From: Patescibacteria group bacterium
GTDB lineage: Archaea; Nanobdellota; Nanobdellia; Pacearchaeales; GW2011-AR1
Assembly: GCA_019428815.1 (NCBI GenBank)
Contig: JAHYJW010000002.1
Span: 81,186-145,185, forward strand
Length of the DNA stretch: 64,000 nt
Direction of reading: 5' to 3'
A model generated the notes under the pieces. The model was not told the origin of the DNA. It saw only the letters and a list, made by a program, of their open reading frames with translations, and made no database searches. This document shows, piece after piece, positions 9,682 through 17,812 of the stretch (positions within the stretch are counted from its first letter, which is position 1; the number at the start of each line of letters is the position of its first letter). The position numbers and the translations under genes are program-made.

Positions 9682-10635
9682 ATGTTAAAAAATAAGAAAG
9701 GTATTGAAATTTCTTTTTCTTGGCTTTTTGCAATAATTGTAGGGGCTTTTATTATCTTTTTAGCGATTTATGGTTCTATTAGAGTTTTAAATATGGGAAG
9801 AGAATTAACAAGTGCTGAGACTAGTGCTGAGATTGGGGTTTTATTGAATCCCTTAGAAACTGGTTTTGAAAGTGGGAGAGTTACCCTCTTAAAGATGCCA
9901 AAAGAAACTAGGATTCAAAATAGGTGTGAAAGTGAGGGGAGTTTTGGAAGACAGGGAATAGTGGTTTCACAAAAAAGTTTTGGAGAATGGGCAAAGGCAG
10001 ATATTGATGTTGGTTTTTTTAACAAATATCTGTTTTCTGATTATAATCTTGAAGGTAAAGAATTTTATATTTTTTCAAAACCCTTTGAATTCCCCTTTAA
10101 AGTTTCTGATATTGTTTATATTACCTCCTCAGAAGATAAGTACTGTTTTATTGAATCTACTTCTTTTCCAGACAGAATAAAAGAAGAATTAAATGATTTA
10201 AATCAAGGGAATATCTACATAGGTAGAGAAAATTGTCCAGAAGGTAGTATAAATGTCTGTTTTAATTCATATAATCCAAGTATGAATTGTGATATCAAAG
10301 TTGATTACGGAGGTAAAACTGTTGAGAAGGACAATGAATTAATGTATTTTATAACAGACTCTTTAATGTACGGAGCTATCTTTTCAGAACCTTTAATTTA
10401 TGAATGTCAGATAAAAAGGCTGATGAAAAGGGCAGAAAAACTTTCAGGATTATATCAAAATAAATTAAATAGGCTTATACAAGAAGGATGTTTCATTAAT
10501 TTTGAGCTTTCTTCTTTTAGTTCAATGTTATCTAATATCGAAAGTTCAGAAGAGCTTATTGGGGCATTTATTGAATCAGAAAGAATCAATGAGGGGAATA
10601 GAAGGTCTATTGGCTCTAGATGTGAGTTATGGTAG
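9682..10635 (+). CDS. Prepilin-like (class III signal) protein, larger Cys-rich ectodomain
   Basis: MLKNKKG|IEISFSWLFAIIVGAFIIFLAIYG. About 10 Cys in the 317-aa product. Confidence 0.55.
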   Translation: MLKNKKGIEISFSWLFAIIVGAFIIFLAIYGSIRVLNMGRELTSAETSAEIGVLLNPLETGFESGRVTLLKMPKETRIQNRCESEGSFGRQGIVVSQKSFGEWAKADIDVGFFNKYLFSDYNLEGKEFYIFSKPFEFPFKVSDIVYITSSEDKYCFIESTSFPDRIKEELNDLNQGNIYIGRENCPEGSINVCFNSYNPSMNCDIKVDYGGKTVEKDNELMYFITDSLMYGAIFSEPLIYECQIKRLMKRAEKLSGLYQNKLNRLIQEGCFINFELSSFSSMLSNIESSEELIGAFIESERINEGNRRSIGSRCELW

Positions 10636-10702
10636 TGAAGAATTAGAGATTAAATATGAAAATTTAAGTTAATAAAATAAAAAACAAAGGATAAGAAACC
10701 AG

Positions 10703-11266
10703 ATGAAACATAATAAAAACAGAAAAATAGCAAATAGGGGTACTAAAGGTCAAATGAAGCTTCAACAAATGGCTTTTATGATGATTGGGGTTACAATTTT
10801 CTTCCTTTTTGTGGGTTTATTTTTTGCTAGGATAATTTTTTCTAATGTCCAAAAGGCAGCAGAAGAAATCAAAGAGAGAGATGCATTACTATTAGTTTCA
10901 AAATTAGCAAATTCCCCAGAATTCTCTTGTGGGGAATCTTTTGGTACATTTAAAATAAACTGTATTGATGGGGATAAATTAATAGCATTAATTGATAATA
11001 TAGAAGATTATCGTATTCAAGGAGCTAATTTCTGGAAAGTAGATGGAATAACAGTGAGAAAAATATACCCCCAAGACTCATCTTATCAGGGTTTTGAATG
11101 TAGCCCTGAAAATTATCCAGAATGTAGCGAGTTTAAAGTTTTAGACCCTCAAGATAAAGGAATTGGGGTTTCTAATTTTGTTGCTTTATGTAGAAAAGAA
11201 CAAAAAGAGGGTCTTGTCCAGAATAAATGTGAAATTGCTAAGATATTTGTTTATTATGAATCATAA
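10703..11266 (+). CDS. Prepilin-like (class III signal) protein
   Basis: Basic n-region ...NRGTKG|QMKLQQMAFMMIGVTIFFLFVGLFF. About 7 Cys in the ectodomain. Confidence 0.5.
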   Translation: MKHNKNRKIANRGTKGQMKLQQMAFMMIGVTIFFLFVGLFFARIIFSNVQKAAEEIKERDALLLVSKLANSPEFSCGESFGTFKINCIDGDKLIALIDNIEDYRIQGANFWKVDGITVRKIYPQDSSYQGFECSPENYPECSEFKVLDPQDKGIGVSNFVALCRKEQKEGLVQNKCEIAKIFVYYES

Positions 11267-11314
11267 ACTAAAAAAATGAAATTAAAGATATAAATTAACT
11301 AAATATTATTAAAA

Positions 11315-11824
11315 ATGTTAAAAATTAAGCAAAAAAAAGCTCAAGAAGAGATGTTAGGGTTTGCTTTGATAGTTATCATTGTATCAATTGCAATTATCTT
11401 TCTTTTGTTTCTTTTTTTGAGAAGCGATAGTAAACAAGGGGTAGAGAGTTATGAGGTGAATAGTTTTATCCAAACTTCTTTACATTATACGACAGAATGT
11501 AAGGAATATTCTGGTTATGTGGATGTTAGAAAACTTATTTTTAAATGTGTAAGGAATGAACATTGTCAGGGGGGTGAAGATCCTTGTGAAATGTTAAATG
11601 ATACTCTTAGAGGGATAATTGAAAAAAGTTGGCCCTATGGAGAAAATAGACCAATTAAAGGTTATTTTATGAACATTTTAGACATTGTTAGTACTGATGA
11701 AACTAGTTCTAGGAGTATAGTAGACTTAAAAGGGGGAAATGAGACAAATAATTACAAGGGATCTTCTCAGGATTTTACAGTTGTTCCTTACTCAATAAGG
11801 ATTTATTTTAGGACTTATTACTGA
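11315..11824 (+). CDS. Prepilin-like (class III signal) protein
   Basis: MLKIKQKKA|QEEMLGFALIVIIVSIAIIFLLFLF. Ectodomain with 5 Cys. Confidence 0.5.
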   Translation: MLKIKQKKAQEEMLGFALIVIIVSIAIIFLLFLFLRSDSKQGVESYEVNSFIQTSLHYTTECKEYSGYVDVRKLIFKCVRNEHCQGGEDPCEMLNDTLRGIIEKSWPYGENRPIKGYFMNILDIVSTDETSSRSIVDLKGGNETNNYKGSSQDFTVVPYSIRIYFRTYY

Positions 11825-11947
11825 AACTTATTACTGAAATTAGGGTTATTAAAGGAAAAAAGCCTTGATTTTACATCAGTTTTACATTAGGAACAAGTTG
11901 TATTTAATAATCAAGATATAGGGGAGGAAATTAAAAATAACAGAATT

Positions 11948-12301
11948 TTAGACCTTTACTTCAATGATAATTGAATCTACTGCTATTACTGGTTTATGGC
12001 GTATTCTCTTTTTGGTTTTTTCTTGTATTAGTTCTATAAACCCAAACCTTTCAAAAAGCTTAATGTCATCACTTACAGACTTAAAACTACGGCCTGTTTT
12101 TCTAGCTAGATCGTAAATTGACCCGGGTTTTTGATTCTTTATAACATTCAAAAGCCTAGCTTTTTCATTGCTAAGTAGATGTCTTAAAGCAGAAATTCCT
12201 TCAAAATCATAATCTTTTTTGGAAAAACCTGCTTTTTTAAAAACTGAGAAGGTTCCTTTTGATTGAAGTATAGTTATTTCTCTTGTTTTAGTCTTTGGCA
12301 T
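11948..12301 (-). CDS. Small winged-helix DNA-binding protein (putative transcriptional regulator)
   Basis: 117 aa. The stretch ARLLNVIKNQKPGSIYDLARKTGRSFKSVSDDIKLFERFGFIE is a typical wHTH recognition region. Transcribed divergently from the S-layer-like gene. Confidence 0.6.
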   Translation of the reverse strand: MPKTKTREITILQSKGTFSVFKKAGFSKKDYDFEGISALRHLLSNEKARLLNVIKNQKPGSIYDLARKTGRSFKSVSDDIKLFERFGFIELIQEKTKKRIRHKPVIAVDSIIIEVKV

Positions 12302-12382
12302 TGTGATTTATTCTTGGGTGTTTATTTTAACCCAATTTTTATTGATTCTCGAGGGTAATCCTTAGATGTATATTATTTTTTA

Positions 12383-12420
12383 ATATATATCTAGAGCATA
12401 TATATTCGGGATATATATTC
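12383..12420. promoter_or_regulatory. Three spaced ATATATAT(T)C direct repeats, candidate operator/promoter region of the wHTH gene
   Basis: ATATATATC at 12383, ATATATATTC at 12398 and at 12411. They lie 82..120 nt upstream of the minus-strand start at 12301. Confidence 0.3.
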
Positions 12421-12512
12421 ATCTTTGTAACATATTATTAAAAATGTAAGAGGTATTAATAAACCTTTTGTTTTAGTGATTCAAGTATTTTGTCTTATAA
12501 AAGAGTAACAGC

Positions 12513-12597
12513 AAAAGCTTTATAAATAAAACCTCAAAAAAACATCTTTTTTAAAGGGGTTTCAAAAACAATACCACAAGCTTTTTAAATAAAAATC
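12513..12597 (+). promoter_or_regulatory. Two BRE/TATA-like elements AAGCTTT(A/T)TAAATAAAA, 63 nt apart
   Basis: Copies at 12515..12531 and 12578..12594 resemble archaeal BRE+TATA boxes. They lie 370..450 nt upstream of the S-layer-like ATG at 12965. Confidence 0.35.
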
Positions 12598-12964
12598 ATT
12601 TTTTGTGTTTAAGATAAACACCATAGAGTGTATCAATTAGAGACGATGGATGATTAAATTGATACAGATAAAGAAAAAGTTAAGAGGGTTTTATTTGAGG
12701 TTATTTATGGTGTTCTAATAGGGGATTGTAAAAAACATAAAAGATAAAACAATCAAAGTAAAATATCTAATATCAAAATGTTAAAAAAAATATTCCAAAA
12801 AGATTTTTCATTTGTAAGAAATTCTGAAGATTGTAATCCGTATAATAAATCTCACAATTCATATTCACCCAATTTAGTGGTCTTACCCTATGGCTACTTA
12901 GATGGTGAAAACTGTCATAGGCAGTATATTCATAGAGTTGAAAGGAGGTTTAAAAAAAATAAAT

Positions 12965-15292
12965 ATGAAATTTAAACAAATTTCCGCAGTATTAGCTAGT
13001 GCGATGTTGGTAGGATTAACCGCAGGAGGTATCGCTAGTGCTACAAGTTATCCTCAACCATTTGTTGAAGGAAGCCAAGGCAACTTTGCTGTTGTTTATG
13101 GTAATGCAGCACCTACAGATATCACTGGAAGCGATTTATCTAGCGCAAACACAATTGCAACTCACCTTCAAGGCTTATTACCTACTGGACCTGGAATTGG
13201 TTTAGGAAGTGAATACATTAGTCTTGGTGAAGAATCTGCTTCAGATTTGATTTTAGGAACAAGCCTAAATATCTTTTCAGGAGTCGCAGATGTGGAACTT
13301 CCAACATTACTCCAAGATAGAAAAATTAGAGCGGGAGGAATCGATGTAGAATATTTCACTACTATAGCAATCGGGGATAATGTAATTGAATTTGGTAATC
13401 TGGGTTATGAAGAGAACTATTTAGTTAATACAAATCTTGCAGCAGATTTAATACCAGTCTTACATGTTAACATGGCTAATGAAGCTTGGACATTGAACAT
13501 AGATTTTGATGATTCCTTTAATGCTAGTAATGTTAGAGCTGGAGAAATATTAAATATCGCAGGAACTGAATGGTCTGTTAAACCAAATTTAGAATTTGAT
13601 GACACAACTCTTGTTTTATATCAATCTGCATTAACTATGAATGTTGACTATGGAGAAACAGAAATAGCTACAATTGGAGGAGACTCTTTCCAAGTAACAG
13701 TGCAGAGTGTTGCAGAAAATGCTGCAAGTGCAAGAATAAAGATTAATAATGTAATAGAAACAGTTTCTATTGGTGGTGAAATAGAGGTTGGAGACCAAAC
13801 TTTCTACATAAATGATATCTCTGTTTGGCAATTCCCTGAGGGGGCTGAAGTTGAGATATTTGCCGGTTCTCAAAAATTAGAAATTTCAGATGTGAATAGA
13901 GAAGTTGAAATTAACGATGAGATTGTTAGAGGTGTTACTGGCCATTTTGAAGGAGGAACTATTGATCAAATAGACAGCTTAGAATTTATCTTCACACCTT
14001 CAGATATGGAGGCAGAAAGAGATGAATTTGATTATCTTGAAATTGGAGGAACAATTGTTGATCCAGTATTTGGGACTATTGCTTTAACCTTTGATTCAGG
14101 AAGTCAAGAATTTGAAGATGGAGAATACTTTAAAATTGACGCTTCAGGTAGCTCAACTGCTATTATTAAGATTTCAAATGGGGCAGGAAAAATCTATGAA
14201 TTTACGGCATATGAATACAAAGAAGGAGCTTTAAGAGATAAGGTTCTTGTTGGAACCACTTTAGATGGGTTAGACAGAGATAATGAAAAAACAACGATAA
14301 TCCTTCCAGAAAGAGGAAAATCTAAAGCTATTGAGATTGATAGAGTTAATAACAATTATGGGGAAGACAGCAGTGTTCGATTTAGGGATAAAACAGATGG
14401 AACAACCTTTACTGTAGAAAATGGTGATCTTATGTTAAGAAATGAATACCGGGTAGTATTCTATGACACTCTTAACACATCTGGTGCTTACTTAGATAAT
14501 GTGTTAACAGGAGGAGCAGATTTTGCTATCTTCTTAGCTGGAGACACTGTTAGCAGCTCCAGTATATTGGATACTTTCGATTGGTTTGAAGCAAAGAATG
14601 AGGTTAATGTTACCTTTACAGCTGCAGCATCTAACGCTTCTACGATAAGCATTTTAGAACATTCAGATGGAAGCCATACTCCTGTGACTATTGCTTTTGA
14701 TATAGGACTAAATTTGGATGATGAAACAACAGTAAAATTAAGTTCAACCTTAAGTGGATCTTTAGACAAAGAATCAGAATATGGATATTTCCTAACTGAA
14801 TTGGGAAGTTATCTAAAAACAGAAAATGATGATTATCGTTGGATAGAGCTTTGGATTCCTGAAGAAACTACAGAATACAATGTCTACATAGGTTCTTCAG
14901 CAGAATCAGACATTCCAACTGTTGATTTACCAGTCTTCAAAGATAGCGAGATGAGTAGCATTGCTAGTACTAAGAACTTGATTGTTGTAGGAGGAAGTTG
15001 TATCAATACTGTTGCTGCACAATTACTTGACTTAAGTTATCCTTCTTGTGACAGCGCTTTCAGCGCTGAAACTGGAGTAGGAGCTGATAAATTCTTAATA
15101 CAGAGTTTTGAAAGACCAGGTCATTCAAGTAAGATTGCACTTCTTGTTGCAGGTTACCAGGCTGAAAATACTGTTGCTGCAATAAACCACTTGAAATTCA
15201 ATATGGGTACTAAAGACCTATCTGTGGGAAAGAAGTACATTGGTAGTGGTACTACTGGAAATACTGCAATTCTAACAGAAAGTACAGTATAA
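12965..15292 (+). CDS. S-layer-like secreted surface protein
   Basis: Start moved to MKFKQISAVLASAMLVGLTAGGIASA|TSYP (Sec signal), preceded by GGAGGT. Acidic, Thr/Ser-rich, almost Cys-free, with several N-x-S/T sequons. The C-terminal LIVVGGSCINTVAAQLL resembles the conserved motif of methanogen S-layer C-domains. Long leader and strong terminator. Confidence 0.55.
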   Translation: MKFKQISAVLASAMLVGLTAGGIASATSYPQPFVEGSQGNFAVVYGNAAPTDITGSDLSSANTIATHLQGLLPTGPGIGLGSEYISLGEESASDLILGTSLNIFSGVADVELPTLLQDRKIRAGGIDVEYFTTIAIGDNVIEFGNLGYEENYLVNTNLAADLIPVLHVNMANEAWTLNIDFDDSFNASNVRAGEILNIAGTEWSVKPNLEFDDTTLVLYQSALTMNVDYGETEIATIGGDSFQVTVQSVAENAASARIKINNVIETVSIGGEIEVGDQTFYINDISVWQFPEGAEVEIFAGSQKLEISDVNREVEINDEIVRGVTGHFEGGTIDQIDSLEFIFTPSDMEAERDEFDYLEIGGTIVDPVFGTIALTFDSGSQEFEDGEYFKIDASGSSTAIIKISNGAGKIYEFTAYEYKEGALRDKVLVGTTLDGLDRDNEKTTIILPERGKSKAIEIDRVNNNYGEDSSVRFRDKTDGTTFTVENGDLMLRNEYRVVFYDTLNTSGAYLDNVLTGGADFAIFLAGDTVSSSSILDTFDWFEAKNEVNVTFTAAASNASTISILEHSDGSHTPVTIAFDIGLNLDDETTVKLSSTLSGSLDKESEYGYFLTELGSYLKTENDDYRWIELWIPEETTEYNVYIGSSAESDIPTVDLPVFKDSEMSSIASTKNLIVVGGSCINTVAAQLLDLSYPSCDSAFSAETGVGADKFLIQSFERPGHSSKIALLVAGYQAENTVAAINHLKFNMGTKDLSVGKKYIGSGTTGNTAILTESTV

Positions 15293-15297
15293 ACTTA

Positions 15298-15334
15298 CTT
15301 TATTTTTTTCTTTATTTTTTTCTTTATTTTTTTA
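15298..15334 (+). terminator. Triple oligo-T archaeal intrinsic terminator
   Basis: CTTTATTTTTTT repeated three times (T7 tracts at 15303, 15315 and 15327), immediately after the stop codon at 15292. Confidence 0.6.
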
Positions 15335-15464
15335 TTAGACTCTAGTTGGAACTTTAAAACAGAAAAGGCTTAAATTATAAAAATTATTAAAAGCATGAAA
15401 AGGAATTCTGATGGAGTTAAATCTCAAAAATTAAATTTATAAATACATTTTGTGATTATCTTAT

Positions 15465-16058
15465 ATGGAAAAAATTAAAAGACTGGTTTCAAAAAATCAA
15501 AGAAAGAAAAAAAATAGGCAAAATCAAACATGGATAGGTGTTTTATTAATGATGATAATGTTTTTAAGTGTTCTAGGATTTGCACTACAATATAACCCCG
15601 ATGATAACTCTCAGAATAATGAAGATTTTTTAACTTACAATGGTTTTAAGTTTGTTCATTCAAATGGGTTTTGGATTCTTGACAATTTTGTTTTTTCTTA
15701 TAATCCTTCAGAAGTTCCAGATATTGGGAGTGGGCTAAGGGACGCTACGTATTATGCTGAACAACCATTGTATATATTTTCGGAAAATGAGGAATCTACT
15801 ATAGAGGTAATAATGAATTTAAGACAGATTGTCCAAAGATATCAAGAAGCTTGCCCTGCAGAGAATGTTTTAAATGAAAGTGTTCAATGTCTTGAAGATG
15901 TTCCTTTTAAGAGTTGTTCAGAAAATTTTATAATAATTCGAGAAGGAATGAATAATTCAATTTTTCAGGAAGAAGGATGTGTCTATATAACAGGTCCTAA
16001 AGAAGAATTATTAAAGTTAACAGACCAATTCTTATTTAAAATCTTAACAATAAAGTAA
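15465..16058 (+). CDS. Membrane-anchored hypothetical protein
   Basis: Basic N-terminus, one TM segment (WIGVLLMMIMFLSVLGFAL), and an ectodomain whose C-terminal part resembles that of the next gene. Confidence 0.6.
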   Translation: MEKIKRLVSKNQRKKKNRQNQTWIGVLLMMIMFLSVLGFALQYNPDDNSQNNEDFLTYNGFKFVHSNGFWILDNFVFSYNPSEVPDIGSGLRDATYYAEQPLYIFSENEESTIEVIMNLRQIVQRYQEACPAENVLNESVQCLEDVPFKSCSENFIIIREGMNNSIFQEEGCVYITGPKEELLKLTDQFLFKILTIK

Positions 16059-16059
16059 A

Positions 16060-16893
16060 ATGGCTAAAAAAAAGGAAAAATTAAGTGAAAAAGAAAAGAC
16101 AGAAGATAAAACAAAGGGATTAAGTGAAAAAGAGGAGGATGTTGAGGATAAGGGGGAAGATTTAGAACAAAAAGAGGGGGGACTAATAAAAGGAACATTT
16201 AGTAAAAATCTCAAGTTTAAGGGGAAAAACAAAATAAAAACTGAAAAACAAAATAAAAAGAAGGTTATAGAAGAAAAGTCCAAAAAAGAGGATGAGGTTT
16301 CAAAAAATCAGAATAGAATCTTGACAGCTTTTTTTGTTTTAGCAGGAATAGCTTTTTTAGTGATTTTCTTATTAACCTATCGTCCTGTTGAAGAAGGAAA
16401 TTTTGAATATCGGGGAATAAATTTTTCAATTGTTGATTTTTGTGGAGATAACAATATCTCGTGTTTGAGAACTTATCAAACTGCAGTTCCTTTTGTTTAT
16501 AAAAATCAAAAAGCAAATTATAACTTTTATTTAAGAAACGATCCTAGAAAATTAGATGAAAAAATCCCTTTTGAGGGGGACTTTGTCTTAAAAAAAGATT
16601 TTTTTGTTAAAATAGACTTTAATCAGTACTGTGAAGGAGATGAAACTATTGCAATTGTAAATTTTGGTAACTTACACCAGATAGCAGGAGTTAATATCAT
16701 AAATGGAGAAAATGCTAGTTGTGATTATTCTGGAGAAAATACCTTTGTGGTTATTCAGGAAGGAGATAAAACTAAAATTGAACAATTTGGGCCTTCGTGT
16801 TATCGAATAATTGTAAAAGAATGCGAAATTCTAAAAGGTTCTGAAAGATTTATGCTTGAAACACTTGTATGGGTAAATGAAAAAAGCAATTAA
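16060..16893 (+). CDS. Membrane-anchored hypothetical protein with Lys/Glu-rich cytoplasmic N-terminus
   Basis: About 90 aa of K/E-rich sequence, a TM segment (ILTAFFVLAGIAFLVIFLLTY), then a Cys-containing ectodomain. Start is 2 nt after the previous stop. Confidence 0.6.
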   Translation: MAKKKEKLSEKEKTEDKTKGLSEKEEDVEDKGEDLEQKEGGLIKGTFSKNLKFKGKNKIKTEKQNKKKVIEEKSKKEDEVSKNQNRILTAFFVLAGIAFLVIFLLTYRPVEEGNFEYRGINFSIVDFCGDNNISCLRTYQTAVPFVYKNQKANYNFYLRNDPRKLDEKIPFEGDFVLKKDFFVKIDFNQYCEGDETIAIVNFGNLHQIAGVNIINGENASCDYSGENTFVVIQEGDKTKIEQFGPSCYRIIVKECEILKGSERFMLETLVWVNEKSN

Positions 16894-16919
16894 TGTTATT
16901 CTCTATTTGAGTTTATCTT

Positions 16920-17531
16920 TTAATTTTTCTTCTTTTTAGTTTTAGAAAGGCTAAACAATTTTTTTAAGTCCGAATAGAAGGGAATTTCAGTTATCTTAAA
17001 GATCTTTACTTCAACAAACCATATTCCCACAACAAATAAAGTGCTTACCGCATACCATAAAAATTGATGGGTTACATCAAAGAATGCTGATTCAGTGTAC
17101 GCTAAAAAAGATAAAAGGACAATTCTGAGGATATTAATAACTAGGAATATACCAAAGGAAAAGAAAATTGCAGAAAGTCTCTTTTTAAACTTTAAACCAG
17201 GAGTAGATAAGTTTAGTACAAGTAATAGATAATAAGCAGAACCTGCAATACATGCAGGAATCAGTTCTATGGGAAAAATATGTCCTAATATCAAGATTGT
17301 TTCAGAAAAGAGAATCACGTCAAAAAATAATTTTAAAATAAGGTAAACTGGATAAACAGTAAGTGGTGTAAAAATAAAATAAAATATAAAAAGCCCAGGG
17401 GTTCCAGCCAATACAAGGATTAAGTATCTTGACATCAAATCAAAAACATTAAGAGGGAAAGATTTATTTTCGGATCTCTTATTTAAAGAGGATTTCTTAG
17501 AATTAATAGGCCCCCTTTTTTTCCTTACCAT
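16920..17531 (-). CDS. Exosortase/archaeosortase-family transpeptidase, short DPANN-type (pacearchaeosortase-like)
   Basis: 203-aa polytopic protein. It has the family's ordered Cys / Asn-x-x-Arg / His signature: IPACIAGSAYY ... LVINILRIVLL ... VTHQFLWYAVS. Confidence 0.6.
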   Translation of the reverse strand: MVRKKRGPINSKKSSLNKRSENKSFPLNVFDLMSRYLILVLAGTPGLFIFYFIFTPLTVYPVYLILKLFFDVILFSETILILGHIFPIELIPACIAGSAYYLLLVLNLSTPGLKFKKRLSAIFFSFGIFLVINILRIVLLSFLAYTESAFFDVTHQFLWYAVSTLFVVGIWFVEVKIFKITEIPFYSDLKKLFSLSKTKKKKN

Positions 17532-17812
17532 TTATTTTAAAAAGAGATTTAATTTAAATAGTTTGCCCATAATCCATATTTTTAATTCAATCAATTAAAA
17601 AGCTCAAATTCCAAAATTAAGCATATTTTAATCTAAGAATCCTTAAATTCTTGAAGTAAACAGTCAGTTTTAAAAAATGAATAAAATTGAGTAATTGATA
17701 GGGGTTATATCAAAGTTAAAGGTAGAAGTTAAATCAAAGTTAAATCAAAGCTGCTATATAAAATTTAGATAAAAATTGATTAAGGGGTTTTCTCTTTGAG
17801 TCTTATTTCTTA

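Noticed and set aside
12778-12975. 65-aa ORF in the S-layer leader, and the 12902 upstream start of the S-layer ORF
   Set aside because: The signal peptide begins at the Met at 12965 with GGAGGT just upstream. The 65-aa ORF overlaps that start and has no support.
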